DNA of 64,000 nucleotides from Acidimicrobiia bacterium (GTDB taxonomy: Bacteria; Acidobacteriota; Vicinamibacteria; Vicinamibacterales; CAVVIG01): the NCBI GenBank assembly GCA_016871175.1, contig VFZL01000014.1, positions 25,032 through 89,031 on the forward strand, in the 5' to 3' direction. Below the pieces are notes generated by a model that saw nothing but the letters and a program-made list of their open reading frames with translations, did not search any database and had not been told where the DNA came from. Both the position numbers and the translations under genes were made by a program. This document shows positions 9,653 to 19,309 of the stretch, in pieces (positions within the stretch are counted from its first letter, which is position 1; the number at the start of each line of letters is the position of its first letter).

Positions 9653-10348
9653 CTACGGGACGAGTGGACGCAACCGCGTCCGATATGTGATCGTCCGGCC
9701 CGGTTCCACGTTCACCTCGAACGACACGGGTTCGAAGCCGTCACGTCGCACTTCGATGCGATGAGGTCCTGGCTCGAGGTTCAGATGCTGGAACGACCCG
9801 TCGAAGTCGTCGACCGTGCCAGCGTAGTACCCATCCACGTAGACCTCAGCATCGCGCTCGGCGAGGTCGATCCGGACACCGCCATATAGGCGGCCCACGC
9901 CGGGTGCGATTGCGGCGGAGTAGCCGAGTCCAGGGCCCCACGCGGGACCCCACCCGTAATTCCAAGCCGGACCCCAGCCGGGGCCCCACGCGGGTCCCCA
10001 GGCATACGGCGAGCCCCACCACGGATTGCCGAAGTAGAACCCTCCGTAGAGTCCAGATCCGTAGAAAGCGTACGGATAGCCGAGAAACCCGCCGTAGCGG
10101 ACACCCGGCCCGACGCCTCGATACCCGCGGTACCCGCGCGCCGGGATGAATCGGCCGGCCCGCGGCGCCGGGCGGAACGCGCCTCGTGGCACGGCTCGAC
10201 CCACGGGCCCTGATGCGCGCGGACCAGCTCCACGCCGCTGAGCGAACGACGGCGCGGGGCTCGCGAGCAGCACCACCACCATGGCGCATCCCACCGCGAT
10301 TGCCGCACCGGTCTGGCTGTTCGAGAGCATCTTCAGACGTGACCTCAT
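9653..10348 (-). CDS. PEGA domain protein with a Trp/Gly/Pro/Tyr-rich repeat region
   Basis: Start MRSRLKMLSN at 10348, with an ATGA overlap on the upstream MaoC stop. It has a signal peptide and a low-complexity WGPAWGPGWGPAWNYGWGPAWGPG stretch. The C-terminus is PEGA-like (VYVDGYYAGT...LEPGPHRIEVRRDGFEPVSFEVNVEPG). Confidence 0.7.
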   Translation of the reverse strand: MRSRLKMLSNSQTGAAIAVGCAMVVVLLASPAPSFAQRRGAGPRASGPVGRAVPRGAFRPAPRAGRFIPARGYRGYRGVGPGVRYGGFLGYPYAFYGSGLYGGFYFGNPWWGSPYAWGPAWGPGWGPAWNYGWGPAWGPGLGYSAAIAPGVGRLYGGVRIDLAERDAEVYVDGYYAGTVDDFDGSFQHLNLEPGPHRIEVRRDGFEPVSFEVNVEPGRTITYRTRLRPLVP

Positions 10349-10923
10349 GATGGACTCCGGCTCGAGGGGCTGGCATCCCCGTATCGCACGATCCATTCTG
10401 CAACAGCCGCGGGTCTCTCGGACCCCTCAAGTTCGATCGTGACCGCCCAGATGACCTGTACGCCACCGCCACCGCCGACCCCGGTCACCGAGGAGACTGC
10501 GAATCGCCCGCGCACGCGTTCGCCCGCTCGGACCGGTGTCACGAAGCGCACGCGATTCAGGCCGTAGTTGACCGCCATCGACGAGCCCGCGACCGACACC
10601 GTCTCACGCACCAACGGAGCCACGAGCGACAGCGTGAGAAACCCGTGGGCGATGGTCGACTCCCACCTCGACTCCCGCGCCCGAACGACGTCGACATGGA
10701 TCCACTGGTCGTCGCCCGTGACGTCGGCGAAACGGTTGATCCGATCTTGATCGATGACAATCCAATCGCTGACGGCAACCTCGTGCCCGACGTGCGCCTG
10801 GAGCGATTCGACGGTCAGAGTCGTGGGCACGGAAAGCTCCTGAAGTCGGCTGGCCTGACGAGCCGAGAGCGAGGGCAGTGTACAAGATCGCAGGCGTTGA
10901 AGAGCTTCGGCGTACCCGAGCAC
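10345..10923 (-). CDS. MaoC-like (R)-specific enoyl-CoA hydratase / hot-dog dehydratase
   Basis: DQDRINRFADVTGDDQWIHVD...TIAHGFLTLSL is a MaoC dehydratase signature. The true start may be GTG 10830 (VPTTLTVESL). Confidence 0.8.
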   Translation of the reverse strand: MLGYAEALQRLRSCTLPSLSARQASRLQELSVPTTLTVESLQAHVGHEVAVSDWIVIDQDRINRFADVTGDDQWIHVDVVRARESRWESTIAHGFLTLSLVAPLVRETVSVAGSSMAVNYGLNRVRFVTPVRAGERVRGRFAVSSVTGVGGGGGVQVIWAVTIELEGSERPAAVAEWIVRYGDASPSSRSPS

Positions 10924-11077
10924 GTCTTGTGGTTCACCGGGTCCGAGCCGGCGCTTCCAGGAGCAACAACGAACGCTGGAAATCTCCAGTGTTCCGGCGT
11001 CTACTTAACGGGAACACTACCAGCGGGCCGCTGGTGAGCGCTGGCCATTGAGCGGATGCAAGCACAGGGGATTCGCG

Positions 11078-12718
11078 ATGAGACGTCGTTTGGTCGTCGT
11101 GCAACGAGCGGTGTGGCTGGCCGTCGGCGTGGCCTCAGCCGTCGTTGTCCTCCGGGCACAGATCAATCCTTACACCCTCGTCATCAGGAACGCCCGGATC
11201 GTGGATGGAACCGGGAGTCCTTGGTACCGGAGCGACATCGCGGTTCGCGATGACGCCATCGTCGCCATAGCGCGCCACATTGAGGGACCCGCGGCGCGTG
11301 TCATTGATGCGGCCGATCAGGTGATCGCGCCAGGCTTCATCGATCTGCACGTCCATGCGTTTGGAGGCGTCGGACGGCCGCCATCTCCGCTGCCAATCAT
11401 TGAGGTTCCCACCGCCGACAACTACGTCCGTCAAGGTGTCACCACGCTCGTCGCGGGTCCCGATGGATTCTCTCCAGTCCCGCTCCGGCCCGCGCTCGAA
11501 CTCACCAAAAAGACGGGCATCGTCCCGAATCTTGCCGCCTTCATTGGACACGGCTCGATTCGCGATGCGGTATTTGGGAGCGTCAACCGAGCACCGACAC
11601 GCGAGGAGCTTGAACAAATGCGGGCTCTCGCGCGTCAGGGCATGCGAGACGGAGCGTTCGGGCTGAGCACGGGGCTGTTCTACGTTCCAGCCGCCTTCAG
11701 CAGGACCGACGAGGTGGTGGAGCTCGCCAAGGTCGTGGGAACGATGGGAGGCATCCACGTCTCTCACATCCGAGACGAAGAGCTGGGAGTCGAGGCGAGC
11801 GTCAGCGAAACCATCGCGATTGGCGAACAGGGTGGCTTACCGACGCAAGTCACCCACCACAAGACCATTGGCAAAGCGTCGTGGGGCAAGACCGCTAATA
11901 CGCTTCGTCTCATCGATGAGGCCAGGCAGCGGGGCGTCGACGTGACCCTCGATGTCTATCCCTATCCGGCATCCTCCACGACCGTATCCGCCGCCCTGCT
12001 GCCCACATGGGCTCAGGAAGGTACACGCGAAGACATCCTCAGGCGCCTTCGCGATCCCATCACCCGGCGACGCGTGGCTCTGGATACGATCCGGATCATT
12101 CTTGAAGGGAGAGGTGGTGGCGATCCCAACAACATCCTGCTCTCCGGTTGTGATTGGCGTCCGGCGTTGGCCGGAAAGCGACTCGATGAGGTTGCGCTTG
12201 GCCGGTGGAAATCCAGGTCGCTCGAGGACGCAGCTGACACCGCGTTGTGGCTTGTGGAGAACGGAGACTGCGGTGGCATCTACTTCGCGATGAATGAAGA
12301 AGACATTCAGCGTGTTCTGCGACATCCGGCATCGATGATCGCCTCGGATGGACAGGTGGTCATGCTTGGACGAGCGAATCCGCACCCGAGGAGTTATGGC
12401 ACCTTCGCGCGCGTTCTGGGTCGCTACGTTCGAGAGCTGAAGACACTAACGCTCGAAGACGCGATTCGCAAGATGTCCGCGTACCCGGCGCAGCGCATAG
12501 GGCTCGCTGACCGAGGTGTTCTCCGCGAGCGCATGAAGGCCGACTTCGTGGTGTTTGATCCGGCCACCGTCAGGGAGGTGGCGACATTCGAGCGACCCCA
12601 CCAGTACGCTGAGGGGGTGTCCGTCGTGGTCGTCAATGGTCAGGTGGTGTTCGAGAACGGCGCCATCACAGCGGCCAGGCCGGGGCGAGTACTTCTCGGG
12701 CCCGGCTACGTGCAGTGA
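11078..12718 (+). CDS. N-acyl-D-amino-acid deacylase (D-aminoacylase family amidohydrolase)
   Basis: Signal-like N-terminus, then IRNARIVDGTGSPWYRSDIAVRDDAIVAI...VIAPGFIDLHVH and a C-terminal VFDPATV...GVSVVVVNGQVVFENG. Confidence 0.85.
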   Translation: MRRRLVVVQRAVWLAVGVASAVVVLRAQINPYTLVIRNARIVDGTGSPWYRSDIAVRDDAIVAIARHIEGPAARVIDAADQVIAPGFIDLHVHAFGGVGRPPSPLPIIEVPTADNYVRQGVTTLVAGPDGFSPVPLRPALELTKKTGIVPNLAAFIGHGSIRDAVFGSVNRAPTREELEQMRALARQGMRDGAFGLSTGLFYVPAAFSRTDEVVELAKVVGTMGGIHVSHIRDEELGVEASVSETIAIGEQGGLPTQVTHHKTIGKASWGKTANTLRLIDEARQRGVDVTLDVYPYPASSTTVSAALLPTWAQEGTREDILRRLRDPITRRRVALDTIRIILEGRGGGDPNNILLSGCDWRPALAGKRLDEVALGRWKSRSLEDAADTALWLVENGDCGGIYFAMNEEDIQRVLRHPASMIASDGQVVMLGRANPHPRSYGTFARVLGRYVRELKTLTLEDAIRKMSAYPAQRIGLADRGVLRERMKADFVVFDPATVREVATFERPHQYAEGVSVVVVNGQVVFENGAITAARPGRVLLGPGYVQ

Positions 12719-12775
12719 TTGAAGGACCGACGACCGCCGCCGACCCAGGTGGCGAGGCCGCGGGCCTCAGCACGA

Positions 12776-13621
12776 ATGGCGAACGAGTCGCCTCACGGCC
12801 CTGATGCGCCTCGAATCGGGGCACAATCGCAGATAATCGGCTGCGTGATCAACCGACGTGACTTCCTCGGCGGGGCTGTGTGCGGCTCCGTCGCCGCCGT
12901 GGGCGCTGGAAGGTGGGGGGCGAGAAATCCGCCCCCGCCGTCGCCGACCCCAGCCGCACCCCCGCCCTTGCCCGAACACGCACGGCTCAGCTTCTCTCAG
13001 CAAGGCGAGGACATCGTCCTGTTCCACGCGTTGCATGAAGTGCTGAGGATCGCGGTGCCGACGTACCTAGACGTGGGCGCCGCCTATCCGGTGCGCAGCA
13101 ACAACACATACCTCCTGTATACGACCGGTGCCCGCGGCGTCCTGGTCGAGCCGAACCCGGTGCTGACGGCGCAGCTCCGTCGGGAACGCCCTGGCGACAT
13201 CGTGATTGAAGCCGGCATCGGCGTCGCCGACCGCGTCGAGGCGGACTACTACGAGATCCAGGAGAATCCGATGCTCAATACGTTTTCGGCCGAGCAAGTC
13301 GCGCGCCTTCAGCGCGGGAAGACCGAGAGCATTGTCGCGCGCGTCGTGAAGGTGCCGCTCCTCGACATCAACCGCGTGATGCAAGAGCAGTGGGGCCGGG
13401 CACCCGATCTGCTGTCCACCGACATTGAGGGTCTGGACGAGGCGATTATCCGCACTCTCAATCTGCCACAGTATCGTCCCGCGGTGATCTGCGCCGAGGC
13501 GGTTCCGGCGACGACGTCGGGACAACTGTCCAGCCTGACCAGCTACCTGATGTCGCAGGAGTACATCCCACGAGGGGGCTCGATGGTCAACACCGTCTAT
13601 CTCGATTCGCGGCGGTTGTGA
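12776..13621 (+). CDS. FkbM-like methyltransferase domain protein with a Tat-like leader
   Basis: LSFSQQGEDIVLFHAL...YLDVGAAYPVRSNNTYLLY...GVLVEPNP resembles the FkbM family. The N-terminus carries INRRDFLGGAVCGSVAAVGAG. The start is uncertain (ATG 12776; the track starts at TTG 12719). Confidence 0.6.
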   Translation: MANESPHGPDAPRIGAQSQIIGCVINRRDFLGGAVCGSVAAVGAGRWGARNPPPPSPTPAAPPPLPEHARLSFSQQGEDIVLFHALHEVLRIAVPTYLDVGAAYPVRSNNTYLLYTTGARGVLVEPNPVLTAQLRRERPGDIVIEAGIGVADRVEADYYEIQENPMLNTFSAEQVARLQRGKTESIVARVVKVPLLDINRVMQEQWGRAPDLLSTDIEGLDEAIIRTLNLPQYRPAVICAEAVPATTSGQLSSLTSYLMSQEYIPRGGSMVNTVYLDSRRL

Positions 13622-13806
13622 GGCCCGGCGCTCTCGCGGGCGTGACATGACCCTGCCTTCGAAACGATTCGTGCTCGTCATTGGCAGCTCGACCGGCGTG
13701 GACTCCTGGCTCGCGCACGGATGTTGCGAGACGGTGCGCGAACACGAGCGGCACTGGAGGGTGTGGCCCGCGTCCAGCGTGCCTTCAAGGGTGTAGAGTG
13801 GCAGCC

Positions 13807-15687
13807 ATGAAGAAGATCATCCCGCTTGTGGGCCTTGTTGCGGCGGCACTCGCCGTGTGGGTCGCAATGGGCCGCTCCGCTGCGTCGCAAGCCGCACGGG
13901 CCGTTCACGAAACGGTCGTTTACAGCAGCATCCAGCCGCCGAACTGGGATCTGTATCTCTTCGACCGCCCTGGTGCAGCGTCCCGCCGGCTGACAACGGA
14001 TCCGGCGCTCGACTACAAGCCTGCGATCTCGCCCGACGGGCGTTGGATCGTCTTCACGTCGGAGCGTGGCGGCAGCCCCGATCTCTACGCGATCGACCTG
14101 CAGAATCCTCCCGCGCCGACGCAGCTCACGAAGAGCCCCGCGATGGAAGATGCGGCGTCGTTCTCGCCAGATGGACGGCGATTGCTCTTCGTCAGCACGG
14201 AGAGCGGCAATCCGGATATCAAGGTGATGCCGTTCGCGCCCGAGAGCCCTGACGCCGCCGCCGCGAAGGCCGTCAGCCTTGCGTCACATCCTGCCGGAGA
14301 CTATCAGCCGACGTTCTCGCCCGACGCCCGGTGGATCGCCTTCTCGAGCAGCCGCGACGCGCCGGCAGCCGCCCTCACGTCGCCAGCCGTGCCGGGAAGC
14401 TATCAGGCCAGCGATGTGTACATCATGCGTGCCGATGGAACGGACATCCGGAGACTGACGCGCCACGAAGGCTGGGATGGATCACCGGCCTGGTTACCAG
14501 ATGGACGGGGCATCGTCTTCTACTCCGAAGAGGACGGCGAACCGCGCATCTTCCGGATGAACCGAGACGGCTCCGATCGGCAGGCCATCAGCGCCAAAGG
14601 AGAGCCAGCGCTCTCACCGACGTTCACGCCCGACGGTCGATTGAGTTTCGCGGTTCGTCGCGGCGGCCGATGGACGATCGTCTCGACCAACGCCGATGGC
14701 TCGGACCTCCGCACCGAGAGCGATACCGCCCGCGACTGTTGGGCACCTGCATACGCTCGGTCGTCGAAACGCGCGGTGTGTCATGGGCCTGGACCCACGG
14801 ACGAGGCCACGAGATTCGAAACCGACCTCCCGGGACCGTTCCTCGAGCATGTGATGCCGCACGTCGCTCTGCCCGACCGCACCCTCTCGTTGTATGCGGT
14901 TCGTGGCTATATCCCGGCGCTCAGTCCCGATCGCTCCGAGATCGCCACGAGCGAAGCCTTCTCACGCCTGGTGATCTCGCGAATCGATGGTTCGAACAAG
15001 CGAACGATCTTCGACCGAGCGCAGTCGGAACGGTATCGGGGGGAGCACTCCGCGTGGGGTCCCACGTGGTCCGCGGACGGCGCATGGCTGGCCTTCTGTG
15101 TGGGCGCGCCGTTTGGGGCCGGATCCGAGAAAGTAGACATCTGGAAGAGCCGTCCCGATGGCAGCGGCGCCGTGAACCTCACTCCCGATTCACCCGCCAA
15201 TGACGCCTGGCCGGACTTCTCCCATGACGGTCGTCGGATTGTCTTTCGCAGCGCCCGAGACGGCAACCAGGAGATCTATTTGATGAACGCCGATGGCAGC
15301 GACGTGCGGCGACTCACGCACCATGCCGCGACCGACACGATGCCGGCGTTCTCCTCTCGAGGCGACCGCGTGGCCTTCACCTCACAGCGGGATGGCGGCG
15401 ACTACGAGATCTACATTCTGCGGCTCAACGCGGACGGGACTCCCGGCCAGCTGGAACGGATCACGGACAGTCCCGGCCGCGACATGCACCCGAGGTTCTC
15501 TCCCGACGACAAGTGGTTGCTGTTCACGTCTCAGCGTGGCGGGCTCAATGACGAGCTGCCCCTCTTACGGGTAATCTTTCTGCCCCAGCCCTACGGCGAA
15601 CTCCATGCCGTTCGTTTGGAGGACAAGAAGGTCTTTCGCCTCACGCATGACAAGTGGGAGGATGGTCCATCCGCGTGGAGGCGCTGA
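13807..15687 (+). CDS. PD40/WD40-like beta-propeller repeat protein (TolB-like)
   Basis: Starts MKKIIPLVGLVAAALAVWVA (ATG 13807). It has many repeats of the ...SPDGRWIVFTSERGG..DLY... type. Confidence 0.8.
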   Translation: MKKIIPLVGLVAAALAVWVAMGRSAASQAARAVHETVVYSSIQPPNWDLYLFDRPGAASRRLTTDPALDYKPAISPDGRWIVFTSERGGSPDLYAIDLQNPPAPTQLTKSPAMEDAASFSPDGRRLLFVSTESGNPDIKVMPFAPESPDAAAAKAVSLASHPAGDYQPTFSPDARWIAFSSSRDAPAAALTSPAVPGSYQASDVYIMRADGTDIRRLTRHEGWDGSPAWLPDGRGIVFYSEEDGEPRIFRMNRDGSDRQAISAKGEPALSPTFTPDGRLSFAVRRGGRWTIVSTNADGSDLRTESDTARDCWAPAYARSSKRAVCHGPGPTDEATRFETDLPGPFLEHVMPHVALPDRTLSLYAVRGYIPALSPDRSEIATSEAFSRLVISRIDGSNKRTIFDRAQSERYRGEHSAWGPTWSADGAWLAFCVGAPFGAGSEKVDIWKSRPDGSGAVNLTPDSPANDAWPDFSHDGRRIVFRSARDGNQEIYLMNADGSDVRRLTHHAATDTMPAFSSRGDRVAFTSQRDGGDYEIYILRLNADGTPGQLERITDSPGRDMHPRFSPDDKWLLFTSQRGGLNDELPLLRVIFLPQPYGELHAVRLEDKKVFRLTHDKWEDGPSAWRR

Positions 15688-15702
15688 TTCAGATCTGATG
15701 CC

Positions 15703-17904
15703 CTACTGCCCAGGGTGGTACGCCCGCTCGATGTACCCCTTGAGCGCTGTCGGGTAGAAGTAGACGTCGCGGAGATGGCCCGTCGCGTAGCGTTCGGTCT
15801 GGTCGTTGAAGTGCTTGGAGCCGACGGCGCTGCTCAGGCCACCGGCGGTCACGGCTTTGGCGCGCACGCCGTCGTTCCCAAACTCGACGACGGCCACGAA
15901 GCTGTTGCCGGTGGTGCCGTAGATCTGCTTGCTGCCGTTGTACGAGCGCGCGCCGAATGATGCGAGCGACCCCCAGCGCCCGGACGCGAAGCCCACCGGC
16001 GTGCTCGGCTTGGCGTCGTCGAACGGGTGGACGATCGCGGGTGAGATGCGCTGGAAGCGATTGATCTCACCCCAGGGCGTCGCCCATGTCCCGAAGTTCG
16101 CGGCGATGGCGTCGGACGCGGTGGCCAGCGCTTCCAGACGCGCGCGTGCGGTGGCCTTTGTCCGCATAAAGGCGTAGACCGTCATTCCCGCCGCCCGCGC
16201 GGCCCCCTCCGACCTCGACCAGAGCTCCTCGCCCCAAAAATGCGCGAGCGACTGCGCCACCGATTTCACGTCCCAGCGATGGTCCCACCTCCGGAGCACC
16301 TCGATCTGCTCGCACAGCTTCCCCTTGAGCGGACTCGATGCGGGCTCCCGGTCCCAAGCCTTGATGAGGAGCGGAATCTGAACCTCGAACTCCGGCTGCT
16401 GGCTATCGAACGCCATCGCCGTGAGGGTGTCCATCGTGAAGTCCTTCCGGCCCTCGAGCCCTCGCACCGCGTGGACGCCTCGTGGATTCTCGCCAACCCG
16501 GTCGAAGTAGGCGGGAAACGCGGTGGCCTTGGGGCTGTCTGAGCCCTCGGCGGAGTACGGCCAGTTGTTCGTGTTTTGAATCTAGCCGCCCGGCGGATTC
16601 ACGACGTTCGGGCTCTCGTCGAACGTGTGAGTGCCCTGCCAGTCGTTGGCGGCGACGCTCGCGTCGACCGGCCTCGTCCAGTCGAGCCGCGGATTCCGCT
16701 TGGGCACGAAGTTCGAGTGGAAGTAGGCGATCGTGCCATCCGCATCGGCGTAGACGGTGTTGTTCGAGGAGTTGGTGTGGAGCGACATCACCTCCTTGTA
16801 ATCATCGAGGTTCCTGGCTTTGGTGCGCCGGAACGACTGCATGAGCGCCTTGAGTGGCTCTTCCATCATCCGCACGGCCACCCATCGACCGCCCTGTTCG
16901 CGGACGACTGGACCATGTGCGGTGCGATACACCGTGAACTCGCGCGTCGCGAGACCGGTGGACGTCCTGTAGGGCACGCGCATGGTCTTGGCGGTCACCG
17001 GGCGCTCCTTGCCGCCGACCAGGTAGACGCGCCCCGACCCTTTCTGGACGGTCGTCAGCAGGAACTCGTCGATGTTGTCCACGCTGCTCGACGTGTGCAT
17101 CCACCCGACGCGCTCGTTGAAACCCTGGTAAACGAAGAACTGCGCCCACGTGAGCGCGCCGTAGACGTTGAGCCCCTCCTCGCTCGTCACGTGCGCCTCC
17201 TCCCGGAAGAAGAACGAGGTGTGGGGATTGATGAAGAGCAACGACTTGCCGTTGGCGGTCTTGGAAGGCGCCACCGCGAAGCCATTGGAACCGGTCGGCT
17301 CGGACGGGTGGGCGGTGCGCGCGGGATTGGCCGCGGTACGCGCCAGGGCCGCCGGGTCCTGGCTGTAGAACGCTTCCAGCTGGGGGATCGAGACCTGCTC
17401 GATGTCGCCGCCGATGCTGCCCTCGCTGAAGCTCAACGCCATCCACGGCTCGAACCTCGTGATGACCCGCGGCTTCACATTGAGGTGCGTGTGCAGGTAG
17501 TAGTTGAGGCCGTCGGCCCACGCGTCCGTGAGCGCCTTGAGCCAAGCGGGCGCGTGCGCGTAGTCAGCCCTGAGTGCCTCCGGGTCGATGAAGAGCTTCA
17601 TACGGAGGTCGCGAAAGACCTCCTTCTCGCCCTCCGCCTCGGCGAGCCGTCCCATGGCGATGAGGTAGTTTGTCTCGATCCGGTTGAAGTCATCCTCGGC
17701 CTGGGCGTACATCAGCCCGAATACGGCGTCCGCATCCGTCTTGGCAGTGACGTGCGGCACGCCCCAGTCGTCGCGGACGATGGTGACGCCGTCCGCACGA
17801 GCCTGCCACGCCGCAATGTCCGGTGACACTGGCGACGCGGGCGGTGGCACCTGTTTGCACGACCAGGCGACCACGGCGATCAGGACGACCGCCACGCGTG
17901 TCAT
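15703..17904 (-). pseudogene. penicillin acylase (S45, Ntn-hydrolase) family gene interrupted by one in-frame TAG
   Basis: ORFs 16582..18015 and 15703..16467 are one reading frame. Lipoprotein-like start MTRVAVVLIAVVAWSC (ATG 17904) and a beta-subunit nucleophile context EPTGSNGFAVAPSKT. TAG 16582-16584 sits in NPPGG*IQNTNNWPY, and the frame continues to HPGQ* at 15703. Confidence 0.85.
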
Positions 17905-17947
17905 CGCCCTGGACCGGCGGGGCCTCAATTCCTCGGCTTCCTGCCCA

Positions 17948-19102
17948 CTAGCGAGTCTTGACATACTTGCGCAGGTTGTTGAACCCCACGTCCGCCGCAT
18001 AGATGTTTCCTGCACGATCGACGGCGATTCCCGAAGCGGAGGTCCCGGTGTCTGTCATCGTGCGAAGGTCCCCCGGATCGGGGATCAGATACTTCAGCTG
18101 GCCGGTCAGCGCATCGCCGATGACGATGGCCCGGTCGTTGGGCTCGTTGGACCGACCGGTTACCGACCCGCGGGCGGGGTCCTGATACGTCGCCCCGACA
18201 TAGAGATTGTCGGCTTCGTCGACGTGAACTGAGCTCGGCTGGCCGAACTGCTTCCAGGCAGCGACGAACGTGCCTTCCTGATCGAAGACCTGCACCCGAC
18301 TGTTCAAACGATCGGCGACGTAGACGTAGCCCCGCGAGCCACCGATCGCAATGTCGTGCGGATCACGGAACTCGCCGGGCGCCTCGCCGAGACGCCCCCA
18401 CGTCTTGAGGAAGGTGCCGTTGGCCGAGTACTTGACGACGCGCGCGGTGTTGGAGCGATTGCGCCAGTGACCATCGGACACGAAGATGCTTCCGTCCGAT
18501 GCGACCGCCACGCCCGTCGGGCGATCGAAGAGTGACGGTGCCGTGCCACCGACACCAGGCCTACCGAGGGTCATCAGCACTCGGCCGTCCGGGCTGATCT
18601 TGAGCACCGTTTGGCCAAAGGGCACGCCGCGATCGTTTCTCGCCGGTATGCCGAGGATCTCCACCTCATCGTTCGTGTCGGTCGCCCACAGGTTGCCTTG
18701 TCCGTCCACGGTGAATCCGTGCGGATGCGCGAACAAGCCCACCCCGGCGGTTCGCAACAACATGCCAGCCGGACTGAACTCGAGGATTGGGGGATTCATG
18801 TCGCCACGATTCAGGCAGGTGGCGTCGCCGTTCGGCTGGTCGTGGAAGCAGCGGTGGAAGACCCAGATGTTGCCGTTCGTTGCGGCGTGGACTCGGATCA
18901 CCTCGCCCCACTTGCGCCCGGCCGGCCCCTTGAAGGGCCGCGGCAACGCCGGCCAGTCGGGCACGAGCTCATAGGGATTTGGCAGCGACGGCTTCGGGAC
19001 AGGGCCATCTCGTCGTGGCTGGGCGGCGAGATCAACGTGTAGGACGCCCAGCGACACGGCACACACGAAAGCCGCAGGCCATCGAAACCACGTCATGATC
19101 AT
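17948..19102 (-). CDS. NHL-repeat six-bladed beta-propeller protein (peptidyl-hydroxyglycine lyase-like)
   Basis: 384 aa with a signal peptide and repeated FxxPxGVAVxxDGxIxVxD-type NHL blades. Confidence 0.75.
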   Translation of the reverse strand: MIMTWFRWPAAFVCAVSLGVLHVDLAAQPRRDGPVPKPSLPNPYELVPDWPALPRPFKGPAGRKWGEVIRVHAATNGNIWVFHRCFHDQPNGDATCLNRGDMNPPILEFSPAGMLLRTAGVGLFAHPHGFTVDGQGNLWATDTNDEVEILGIPARNDRGVPFGQTVLKISPDGRVLMTLGRPGVGGTAPSLFDRPTGVAVASDGSIFVSDGHWRNRSNTARVVKYSANGTFLKTWGRLGEAPGEFRDPHDIAIGGSRGYVYVADRLNSRVQVFDQEGTFVAAWKQFGQPSSVHVDEADNLYVGATYQDPARGSVTGRSNEPNDRAIVIGDALTGQLKYLIPDPGDLRTMTDTGTSASGIAVDRAGNIYAADVGFNNLRKYVKTR

Positions 19103-19309
19103 GGGTGTGACTCTACCGCTTCTTCGGCGTGAAGACGTGACTTCTCCTCTGAGTCGAGCAGGGTCGGCCTGAACTCGCGCTGAGGCTCGCGTATCGAGAT
19201 GCTGACCTCATCCACGTCGCGCGCAGCCACCCTCGCGCCGGTTCGGTCGCCGGCACACCAGGACTCGCCACAGCCGCGTGCGACGGCGCAGCGTGGCATC
19301 CGAGCACCC

